DNA from: Octopus vulgaris
Lineage: Eukaryota
NCBI GenBank assembly: GCA_951406725.2
Contig: OX597824.1
Span: 64,666,001 to 64,730,000 of the forward strand
Length of the DNA stretch: 64,000 nucleotides
Direction: 5' to 3'
Below the pieces are notes generated by a model that did no database searches, was not told where the DNA came from, and saw only the letters and a program-made list of their open reading frames with translations. The position numbers were made by a program, and so were the translations under genes. This document shows positions 53,491-64,000 of this stretch, one piece after another (position 1 is the first letter of the stretch; each line of letters begins with the position of its first letter).

Positions 53491-55274
53491 GAATGCCGTA
53501 GAAGACTTGGTGTGCGGGTTCTCTTACGTGAAATTCCTGGCAATAACGTTTGTTGACTACATATTTTCATTTAATTGATGTTAGTCGTTATAGAATATAA
53601 ATGGAAGCCTAAAAAACATTTAAAATCAGAATATGAAAAAGCGTTGCTCGTGAACGGTGTCAAGAACCTTAATTTACCGGACATAAACGACCGTAAGTCA
53701 TTATTACGGGCCATGCTACTACTACAGCCTCAACGAATGTAACACCTTTTTATGAATCTCAAAATCATTGCAGATTTTCCACTTCAGATTTATTTTTATT
53801 CCAGAAAGGAAAAATCGATAATTTCCTGCAGAGCACTACGTCAGTAATAGATTAATTATACCTTTCACCACATAATCTTTAATTACATGCTTTCATAGCT
53901 GGGAGGTTAACCCCCAAACAATCTTCACTAGAAAACTATGTTTATGCATAATGCACGACGTCATAAGTCGTGGAGAGAAATGCATAATTAATCTTGGATG
54001 ACGTTTGTTTAGCCCATTCCGTATGTAAAAATGTTAGTAGATTCCATCTAATCGTACGGAGAAAGAGACAAGTATATCGAATTCCTGAAACAAGTTTAAG
54101 GGCTGTCCAAAATTGCGACAGTGTACATCCTGATTATGCTTCCATAGTATTGAGTTCTAATTGGAAAGTATCTTCACAAGAAATGACATTGGTCCGTTAC
54201 ACCCGCCATGTTATGTGACCTCTTTTGGACACTGTGAATTGTCCCTCCATAAACCTCTAACACTACAGCACATCATAGCCGAATCTGAGAGAGAGAGTGG
54301 GGGCAGAGAGAAGATAAAGAGAGAGGAGGGGCAGAGAGAAGATAAAGAGAGAGAGAGGGGAACAGAGAGGAAGAGAAAGAGAGAGAGAGAGATGCGGGGA
54401 AATTGAACCCAATATTTGAGTAGTACCTTTATTTTATTGACCTCTAATGATTCAAGACTAAGTTGACTTTGGCGGAATTTGAACTGAGAACGCAAATTCT
54501 GATCACATTCTTTCATTAAGATGAGTTTTCATTAAAAATCATATTCAAAAGATCACAGAACATGGGTCCATGTTATATGGAGGGCGTGACAGACGGATGT
54601 CCTTTTTTTGGACGCTTTTTATTGTGGGGTCATACAAGTAATCTTTTCATAACCCTTTAACAGTACAACATGGCCGATTCTAGGGGAAGAGGGGGAGAAA
54701 TCGACTCCAGTGCTTTTCTAGCACTTTATTTATCGATCTGAAAGAACGAGAGGCAAAGTTAACTTCGATGGAAATTGAACATAGAATGCAAAGCACCGAA
54801 ATAATTACCAAAGTACATTTGTCCTATGCTCGGACTATCCAGCTATTTATCAGCACTTTATATGCTTATCTATACGTAATACATAACGCACTCAGTCAAA
54901 AAAGTTCATAAGAACAGATGCCTGACCGGCCGCTATCAGTTTGTGCCAGACACCGTCGAGACCTTCGGTGTTTTTGGATCCCACTTTGCAGATTCCTCCT
55001 CAATACTGGGATAGCGGCGACCCATCTTAAAAATGCGCCCTGTAAGATAGAGCGACTGCTGCAGGTAGTTTCGTTGGCCATTCTCCGATGTAACGCCATC
55101 GCATTCCTGACTGCGGGGAGCGGCTGAAAACGCCAGTTGTTCTGGGGTGGGATGTGTCTTATTACCCCTCCCCTGCACCTTCTGCTGCTTAAAACCCCTT
55201 TTTACTTCATTCTCCAGTTTCTGTTTCCTTGTTTCTTTGTATTTAAATGTTATTAATAAAATATCTAGTAAACA

Positions 55275-55475
55275 GGCGGCGAGCTGGCAGATTCGGAAGC
55301 AAGCCGGGTGGCATTTCGTCCGTTTTCACGTTCTGAGTTCAAATTCTACCAAGGTCGACTTCGCCTTTCATCTTTCCGGTGTCGATAAAATAAGTATTAG
55401 TTGAGTACTGGGATCGATAAAATCGATTTACCTCCTCCTCAAAATTGCTGGCCTTGTGCCAAAATTTGAAATTAT
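55275..55475 (+). mobile_element. SINE family B variant
   Basis: Head, B-box and Nin-like segment. Confidence 0.85.
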
Positions 55476-55804
55476 TAAATATCTAATAAATCTGTTCTTT
55501 AATACATGATAACAGTAATTAAATCTACTAAGAACATCATTTTTAATGGAACCTTGTTTACTTAGTCCGATCTTTCATGAGTCATTGCTTTTATTTATGT
55601 CTCAGTTAGAGGAGGATGAGCGGCTGCTTTCACTCCTTTTAGGGCCTCTGAGACTGATTAGAGAATTGGAAGAAGTTATTCTTTGACCAGGGATCTAATC
55701 CAAATGCTTGCACTAGAGCAGCCTATGATAAAGGTATGTAAGGTGGCAGGTTGCGGTGATAAACTGGGCGATTGATTAAGTTTACCACTTCAGAGGAATG
55801 ATCC

Positions 55805-55975
55805 CTTCAGCGGGTTTCCACACTGTCTTTGTCTGCCAGATTTTACTCACAAGGCTCTGGACGATTCAAGACTATTGTATAAAATACTTGCCCTAGGTGT
55901 TACGCAGGAGGATTGAACCTAAAACCATATAGTTGAGAATCGATCTATTTAAACACACAGCTGTGTTCGTGCCCA
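55805..55975 (-). mobile_element. Old SINE A-like head fragment
   Basis: ACTCACAAGGCT..ACTTGCCCTAGGTG..GAACCTAAAACCAT. Confidence 0.6.
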
Positions 55976-56626
55976 CGTTAGTTTGAGACATCATGCTTGC
56001 ATTTTATTTCCCTTCTTTTACCTAGGTACCCACAGACCTCTTTTAGCAAATAGTTTATGAATGTTAAGTGGTTCATAGATGAATAATTACCATATAATTG
56101 TAGAATAGTTTTCGTATAATTAACCATTTCAGCAATTATAATATTGGCACGCTTTACATTGTCATTTTGTCATTTAGAGAGATTATATGAGATCATTTTT
56201 CAAAACTGTCGTTTATTTACTGACACTTTATACTGTTAGCGCTCTGTTGCTACTCTAAACCGAAGAGTTATGCTGTACGAGCAGTTACTGTTACACCTTT
56301 AGTCTATTGCTTTTCGCTTTTCCAAGTGGAAAGCCGAGTGATTGTATTAATAATACTTCAGCTGCTTGGCTGTGCTAACTTTCGCTAAAGTGGATGTTAA
56401 TATACAAGATACTTGAAGCTAAAGTACAACGAAATACGTAGTAAGAAATATAAAGCAAAAGCAATATTAATGATTAGTTAATGTTATTTTTTACATTTTC
56501 CGGGAAGCACAGAAGAAAACTTTAGAATGCTTCTAATTGGCTTCACCAATGATGTATATTCTCGAGTTCATTTGCTGAACTAGTAGGGAACTCATTGTCA
56601 AATAAGATATTCATAAATATACGATT

Positions 56627-56860
56627 ATAAGGCGGCGAGCTGGCAGAAACGTTAGCACGCCGGGCGAAATGCTGAGCGGTATTTCGTCTGCCGTTACGTT
56701 CTGAGTTCAAATTCCTCCGAGATCGACTTTGCCTTTCATCCTTTCGGGGTCGATTAAATAAGTACCAGTTACGCACTGGGGTCGATTTGATCGACTTAGT
56801 CCGTTTGTTTGTCCTTGTTTGTCCCCTCTGTGTTTAGCCTCTTGTGGGTAGTAAAGAGAT
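56627..56860 (+). mobile_element. SINE family B, full length with 22-bp TSD
   Basis: AGATATTCATAAATATACGATT at 56605-56626 and 56861-56882. Confidence 0.93.
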
Positions 56861-56911
56861 AGATATTCATAAATATACGATTGTTTGTTCAAAATAATAA
56901 AATAGTTTAGG

Positions 56912-57305
56912 TGCAGGCGCGGCTGTGTTATAAGAAGCTTTCTTCCCAATCACTTGGTTCCGGTTTCAGTCCCACTACGTGACACCTTAGGCAAGTGTCT
57001 TCTACTATAGCTTCGGCCCGACCAAAACCTTGTGAGTGGATTTGGTAGACGGAAACTGAAAGAAGACCGTCGTAAATATATATATGTATATATGTTTGCG
57101 TGTCTGTGTTTGTCTCCCACCCCTCCCACCGCCTGACAATCGATGTTGGAGTGTTTGCGTCCCCGTAACTTAGAGGTTCGGCAAAAAATCGATAGAATAA
57201 GTACTAGGCTTACAAAAAATCCGTCATGGGGTCGATTTCTTCGACTAAAGGTGGGGCTACAGCATGGCCGCAGTCAAATGACTGAAACCACTAAAAGAAT
57301 AAAAG
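56912..57305 (+). mobile_element. SINE family A, full length
   Basis: Colinear with the other copies. Confidence 0.92.
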
Positions 57306-57306
57306 G

Positions 57307-57337
<31 letters not shown>

Positions 57338-57881
57338 CACACATGCTACATGAATACTGTAATACAAAATAAGTTGAATCAATTACAAGGACACTATTCA
57401 CAGGAAATGATTTTAAATAAACTTTGGTGTATCTTGACATATCTAACCCTTCCTTAAATCCCAATATCGCAGAAAATTTCAGAAGAGAATCATCTTAGAA
57501 ATTGAGAAAATCTCGTAAATTTCATACAATGGCAATCACATCCAATTTGCAACTCAATTCGCCTATGATTATCAGTGATCAAATTCATGACGTCAGACAG
57601 ACTGAATAAAGATTGATAAATGAAATCAGTTTTCAAAGGGAGTATACGTCAATGAAAATAGGCAATAATATTCACACATTAAAATATGTGTTTATTCTCT
57701 CACTTGAAATTTCCTTTATTTCTCCACCCTCTCTCTTTATCTCTCCATTTACTATTATCAATGTCAATATCAGTATCGCTGTCTCTGTCACCACTACCCT
57801 AACACCCAACAGATTCTTTCACATCACTTGATTTATCTCCCTTAGTGTTAGGCACAAATTTTTTCGTATAATTGATTCTAA

Positions 57882-58212
57882 TGCGGAGACCTCCTTCGGT
57901 CATGACTGACCATGGGATTGCACCTAGGAAGTTATCCTCCCAGGCACAAGTCCGGGCAAGGTTGCTTATGGAAGACCAGTAGTCGCCCATGCATACCGGT
58001 CTCCCCTCTCCATGCCACCAGTGTTATCCAAGGGAAAGGCAAAGGCCGATACAGCTTGGCACATGTGACGTCGCAACTCATTTCTACAGCTGAGTGAACT
58101 GGAGCAACGTGAAATAAAGTGTCTTGCTCAAGAACACAACACGCAGCCCTGTCCGGGATTCGAACTCACAACCTCACGATCGTAAGCTCGACTCTCTAAC
58201 CACTGAGCCATC
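57882..58212 (-). mobile_element. CORE-like SINE, family C1, with a well-preserved tRNA head
   Basis: Minus strand TGGCTCAGTGGTTAGAG (A box), GAGTTCGAATCCC (B box), CORE-like TGTGTTCTTGAGCAAGACACTT and a distinct tail. Confidence 0.88.
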
Positions 58213-58277
58213 CATATTAACATATACAAGGGTTGGCTGAAAAGTTCATAAGTTGACCAAGATACTCTCATGGGATC

Positions 58278-58485
58278 TTTTATATCCTTGACAAACGTTG
58301 AATATATATAATTTAACGACGCGGAGGTAAAATCAATGGGTTCACACGACGTACTTCGCGAGACTCCAGCACGCTCTTTCAACGACTCCCATCGAACTGT
58401 TGTCTCAACCCATACGCTACTCTTTATAAAAGTTCGGCTAGTCCATTCTTCCAATCTCCCAGTCGTATCAATGACTGTCGTCACA
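58278..58485 (-). repeat. 3' LTR
   Basis: 208-bp direct repeat of 62873-63079, next to the PPT. Confidence 0.92.
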
Positions 58486-59197
58486 TCTCCCCCTTTGAAA
58501 TTGACTTCGGTTTGAAGTTGATATTTTTATTTATTTATTTTTCTTTTGAGATTTTGCTCTTAGGGAAGTTTAATATTTCTTCCATTTTGGCACCACTTCA
58601 ACCGTTTTGTTTGTTTCCTATTTCTTGTGCTACTTACGCCAAGGTTCAATTTTTTATGGCGTTGGAGCATCAAAGTTGTCATAGAACACTTCCATGGGTT
58701 TCTCTTTTCTTTTTTCCGTATATCTAGTTTAAATGCCTTTTGTATTCCCATTTTTCGCTTCTTATCATATATGTCATTTTGCCTATTCTTTTTGTTATTA
58801 GTCCGTCTTCCCAACCTTGTCTTCCATTTTTGTATATTTTGAAAAACACCTTGTCATCGATATCAAAATGCGTTGACGTATTTTTAGTGTTTTCCCTATT
58901 TGCTTTTCTTACTGGTAGAAGCTTGTCAAAAATTGACTTTATTTTTCGAGTAAAGATTAATTCCGCAGGAGACCTACCTGAAAAAGTGTTTGGGTTTGGT
59001 GTTATTCTATAAACCCTCAAGGACTGTGTCCAATTCCGCGTCATCGACTAGCTCGTTTCTTGATTTCTTTAATGCTCTTTTAAATGTATCCACGAAACTT
59101 TCCTCTAGCCCGTTTGATCTTGGGTGATACGGAGGAGTAGTGATATGTTCAATCGAGTACATCTTGCAAACATTCTTTAATTCATTCGGCGTGAATT

Positions 59198-59612
59198 ACT
59201 CGTTTACTCTTTTACTTGTTTCAGTCATCTGACTGTGGCCATGCTGGAGCACCACCTTTAGTCGATCAAATCGACTCCAGGGCCTATTCTTTGTAAGCCT
59301 AGTATTTATTCTATCGGTCTCTTTTGCCGAACCGCTAAGTTACGGGGACGTAAACACACCAGCATCGGTTGTTAAGCGATGTTGGGGGGACAAACACAGA
59401 CACACAAACGTGTACACACACATACATATGTATATATACATATATACGATGGGCTTCTTTCAGTTTCCGTCTACCAAATCCACTCACAAGGCTTTGGACA
59501 GCCCGAGGCTATAGTAGAAGACACTTGCCTAAGGTGCCACGCAGTGGGACTGAACCCGGAACCATGTAGTTCGTAAGCAAGCTACTTACCACACAGCCAC
59601 TCCTACGCCTAT
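59198..59612 (-). mobile_element. SINE family A inserted in the Gypsy integrase
   Basis: Splits the SDNGTQ/FTP motif, with an AATT duplication. Confidence 0.92.
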
Positions 59613-62600
59613 AATTGTGTACCGTTATCGGAGGCTATGGTATTCGGGACACCATACCTAGCAAAAAGTTCGTGCAGAAATTTCACTGTTACTGTGGATG
59701 TGGGTTTTCTACATTAACACATTTCTGACCATTTTGAAAAGCTATCTACCACCATTAGATAATATGATCAGTTCGACGGGCCTGCAAAGTCTATGTGTAG
59801 TCTGGACCATGGAATATCGGTCTTGGGCCAAGGTTGAAATTTTATAGGTAGTGATTTCACTGCAAGTGCACAACCTCTGCAGGATTTTACCAACTTCTAA
59901 ATATCTAGATCTATTTTTGGCCAGTAAACATAACTCCTCATAAGCGACTTTATCCTAGAAATTCCTGGATGTGCCATGTGGATTTCCTTTAACATTCAAC
60001 TTTGTAGTGAAGTAGGCATTACGACACTCCGTGCAAACACAAGCACATTATCACATAACGAATACAAATTCGAAACTGTTACGTCCAACCACACGTATAT
60101 TTTATTTGTTTCTTTTGATCTCACTATTTTTTTCATTTTTGACGTACTTTTAGTGTTCTCCCTCTGCCTTAATTTTTATTTCCTCCAATGTCACAGGCAA
60201 TTCACGCACAACATTGCACAATATATTTTTTATTTCATTTTTCGCTTTTAGCGCCGCTATCACTGTGTCTTCTAGTGGTTCGCTGTATTTTAGTATTAAC
60301 CTTGACAAACCATCTGCATGTCCAATTTATTCGATGGCAAATTCTCCATTTTGAAGCCGTAATTTAGTAGGATCGTTCTCCAGCGCGGGAATCTGTCGGC
60401 TGTATGTGTAAGGATACCCCCTTTTTGATCCATAGATCGACAATAATAGGCGGTGGTCTGTCTGCAGACGGAACCTTCTTCCATGTATATATTTATGGAA
60501 TTTTTTACCGCAAATATGAAGGCTAATGCCTCTTTTTCTATTTGACAGCAACTTTTCTCAGCCGGCAATAATGAACGCGAAGCATGAGCTACTGCTTTCA
60601 GGCTACCATCTTCATATTTGTGCAAGAACACAGCTCCAATACCACTTTCACTAGCATCTGCTGCCACTACTATTTCTAAATTCGGATCAAAATTTGATAA
60701 CGACAATTCCGACGTTAAGACGTCTTTAATTTCTTCAAAAGATTTTTGGCATTTGTTCGACCAGTTCCACTTAACGTCTTTGTTTTTAACAAGTTATTCA
60801 GGAGGCTCTTAAATCATGCATATTCGGTATGTATATCTGGTAGTAATTTGCGAACCCCCAAAATGTTTGTAACGTTGTAATGTTTGTCGGGAGAGGCATA
60901 TTTTTTTTCATTTGCCCTAGATCTGCGTCCATTTTCATCAATAATCTGCCTTAGATATTTATTCTTGGCATGAAAACTTCACACTTTTTCTCGCTGAGCC
61001 TAAATCCATAATCCTTTATTCTTTCGAACACCTTTTTGATATCTCAGCATGCTGACCCCGAGATTCACTTTTTATGAGTACGTCGTCAATGTAGGCTACA
61101 AGCGAGATCCGAACCTGCGAGTATAACGTCCATAACTTGTTGGAAAATGCCAGGTGCTATCTTTATACTAAACGGGAGTCGATTAATTTTATACAACCCT
61201 TTAAGGTATTTAGTATCAATAATTTTGAACATTACTCATCGACTTTTACCTGTAAATTTGCTTCATATAGGTTCAAATTTGAAAACAAATTTTTTCACTC
61301 AAATTCCCTCCGGACTTGGCAACGGGTAATTACATGGCATCAAACATTTGTTTAATTAAGTTGAAAAATCAGCGCATACTCGGTTTTCCTTGACATAAAC
61401 TATTGGGGACACACGTTTTGTGTAATCAATTTTTTCAATAATGCCAAGCTTTTCAAGTCTATCCAATTCTTCGTTGACTTGTTTCAACGCTGCGAAAGGT
61501 ACCGTTCGTTTTTGTTTAAATATCCGTATAGCGTTTTCTTTCACTTGAAACTTCGCCTCTGTTTTTGTACAAAGACCCAATTCCTCAGAAGAAAACAGTG
61601 AACAATTAAAAAATTTTTTTTTGTTAAATCCTCCTACGCCTTATAGTTCCATTCAGTCTGTTCTAAATAAATTTGTCGTATTTTTCAACACAAAAACTTT
61701 GGTTTTCAAGGTTTTTCCAAATGTAACATGTAAGTTTCCTTTAATCTAGTTTTCCCTATTTTGCCCCATGTATCTGTATTAATTATCGTGATATCACTGC
61801 CCGTATCCAATTGTAATTTGATATTCACATTATTCAGTTTTATGGACATAAATTTTCTTGCCTGAGCCTCGCCTAGAACTTTTGTTAACAATACATTCTT
61901 TCTAGAATTTTTTTGCTAGATCTTTTTTTATTGTTTCGCTTTTCATTGTGAGCTTTTATGTCCGATTTTTCCCCAATCAAAACGTTTACGATTTTTAAAA
62001 TGTAAACCTCCGCACCCATAGCATGGATTTGGCCTTGATGTTCGTTTTTCCTTTTTCTTATCCGTTTCAGGTCGGTACGCATGTATCTGAGAGCATTATT
62101 TTTCTTCAATTTTATCAGCGTCACGTCTTAAATCTATAATCCTCTGGCATTCTTCCGCTACTGCCTGTAGAGTTAATTTTTGGTCTTGTTCTAATTTTGT
62201 TAATATACAGGAACGTATATCAACATCTTTTCTTGCAGTTAGCCCTTGAACAAAAATTTGACATTTGAACAAATCTGGAGCTAATTAATTTAATTTGAAT
62301 TCTTCACACTCCCCGTTAACGACCCCAGCATAGATAACGAAATCTTCATAATCTTTTTTAACTAAATTTAAACATTGTCAACGAGTATTGAACAGGGAAC
62401 TTCTTTCACTTAAAATTCTCGATAACAAATTGTTTCATCGAAACAAATCTCACCTGGTTTCTTCGGCAGAATATAATTACAGTATTTTTCCTTTTCGACA
62501 GAGAATAACTTTCTTAAAAGTAGTCGCCCCTTCTTCTCGTCATTCCAGTGTTTATGTTCTTCTTTGAAGATTTCTTCGTATCTTCAGAATATGCAGAAAA

Positions 62601-62872
62601 AGTAGTACTTTCTAGGTTATAAATAAATTCTTCAATTAAGTTTGCTACACCGTCTGACGAGAACGAACCTGAAGTATTTTCAGACTTCTTCAACATTACT
62701 TCCAGTAACTGTTGGCATTGTTGTTGTTGTAGTTGTTGTTGTAACTGCTGTTGTTGCTGTTGCAACTGCACAGGCAAACCAATAAGTCTTCCCTGTTAAT
62801 GAGTTTTTCTTTGAATTCATACCAAAAAATAAGTTTAACGTTCGACGCAAGCTTCGAATATCTCATCGCCAC

Positions 62873-63079
62873 TTTTATATCCTTGACAAACGTTGGATAT
62901 ATTAATTTAACGTTGCAAAGGTAAAATCAATGTGTTCACACGACGTACTTCGTGAGACTCCAAAATGCCCTCTCAACGACTCCTGTCGACCTGTCGTCTC
63001 AACCAATATGTTACTCTTTATAAGAGTTCGACTAGTCCATTCTTCCAGTCCCCCAGTCGTATCACTGACTCTCGCCACA
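62873..63079 (-). repeat. 5' LTR
   Basis: 207-bp repeat next to the PBS; about 26 substitutions and 1 indel versus the 3' LTR by manual count. Confidence 0.92.
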
Positions 63080-63101
63080 ACAGAATTTGACATAATGAGG
63101 T

Positions 63102-63828
63102 TTATTTTTCAAAATATTCCCTTTGCAGTCCATTCAAGGGTATTTGATCTTGATAGCCATTGGTAACTGTCTCACCTAGTTGGCATAGTACTCTATATTA
63201 ATGGTATAACTCTTTTGAAAATATTCAATAAACACAAAGCCTTCTGCATCACAAAACTGAGGCCGTCGCCTTGGGTTTCTTTCGAGTAGGTGAGGAGGCG
63301 TATTTCCACTGCATAGAATGATTCTTTATCTCTGGTTGAAATTGATAAACTCAACACTCATTTGAGGTTAGGAAACGTTCAAGGAAACCAGGATCTGCCT
63401 CAAAACAATATCAGATTTTCTTGTGATGGGATTAGCCTGGTGTGCTTTTGATCAGGTGTCAGAAAACGCAGCACCTACCGAGCAGAAACCTTCGTCATGC
63501 CAAGTTCATTATCCACAATACAATCAACTCTCTCACAAGATATGCTAATAGCATTGGCTATTTCATCTATGGTCAGTCGCCTGTCATCCATCACTATGTG
63601 GTGAACATGATTAATGTTTTCCTGGGTGGCGGCATTTTCAGGACTTCTAGACTTCGGGTGATCATCGAGATTCTCCCTTCTTCTAAATCCAGCTGCCTAC
63701 TTTTGCATTGTTGATAAAGCTGGTATGTCATCCCCTAATGTAGCAAGCATGTCAGCATGAATGTCCCTGGAGGATAAACTCTTCTTCTGCAGGTACTTGA
63801 TAATAGTACAGTGCCAAATTTTGCCCAT
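63102..63828 (-). pseudogene. Mariner transposase pseudogene with most of the catalytic C-terminal part deleted
   Basis: MGKIWHCTIIKYLQKK..DDRRLTIDEIA..KVSAR*VLRFLTPDQK..QWK.., then a jump to the terminal EYFEK*. Confidence 0.88.
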
Positions 63829-64000
63829 TTTCAAGAGAAGTCGCAATTAGTTACTTTTGAAGCCTTCTTTGAGAAGTCAGATGTCAGTTTACCTGGAAAG
63901 AAACAATGCTATTATTAAGAAGATTTGAAATTAGTGTATGCAAGATTTCACCGCTCTAGTAGCATTCCTTCTTAGTTAGCCTGTGAACCTTTCAGTCCAT

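Larger units (their letters stand above)
58278..63079 (-). mobile_element. Gypsy (K02A2.6/Mag-like) LTR retrotransposon, full structure, decayed
   Basis: Two LTRs, PBS-like TGGCGATGAG and PPT AAAGGGGGAGA. Domain order is gag-PR (LDTGSD)-RT (RVCADFST, YIDD)-RH (ADASESGIGAV, IEKEALA)-IN (HPG, HIDFAGP, SDNGTQF). Confidence 0.95.
58227..64000 (-). mobile_element. Mariner element split by the Gypsy insertion
   Basis: TA plus TIR CAAGGGTTGGCTGAAAAGTTCATAAGTTGACCAA at 58227; a diverged inverted copy TTAGTTAGCCTGTGAACCTTTCAGTCCA lies at the window end. Confidence 0.85.

Noticed and set aside
56333-56372. Possible miRNA hairpin
   Set aside because: The stem is too short and interrupted.
58140-58212. 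tRNA gene (also 2340-2410)
   Set aside because: A and B boxes are present, but the sequence continues into a SINE body and has no proper acceptor stem.
62514-62777. Poly-Q host protein
   Set aside because: It lies just after the PBS and is the frameshifted gag N-terminus.

Overview
This is AT-rich, microsatellite-saturated eukaryotic non-coding DNA. Its SINE repertoire suggests an octopod cephalopod genome (inference). No intact host gene, RNA gene or CRISPR array is supported, and almost all ORFs in the track are microsatellite read-throughs. The window is a layered transposon graveyard. It holds more than 25 copies or fragments of at least five tRNA-derived SINE families (CORE-like, Nin-domain-like, CORE+V-like) and decayed LINEs (RTE, R4/Dong, Tx1/L1, CR1-like). 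It also holds a Gypsy LTR element nested in a mariner and itself hit by a SINE, other mariner and hAT relics, hAT MITEs, a long-TIR element with an 8-bp TSD, and several non-autonomous Helitrons. The most interesting signal is 5-8 type I hammerhead-ribozyme-like motifs (CUGANGA...GAAAC..GUH) in short non-coding Penelope-like (pLTR/retrozyme-like) inserts of several distinct families. Two of them lie in head-to-head inverted arrangements, including a 267-bp near-perfect palindrome at 14049-14315. All calls were made by eye; family names are provisional and edges without a TSD or TIR are approximate.
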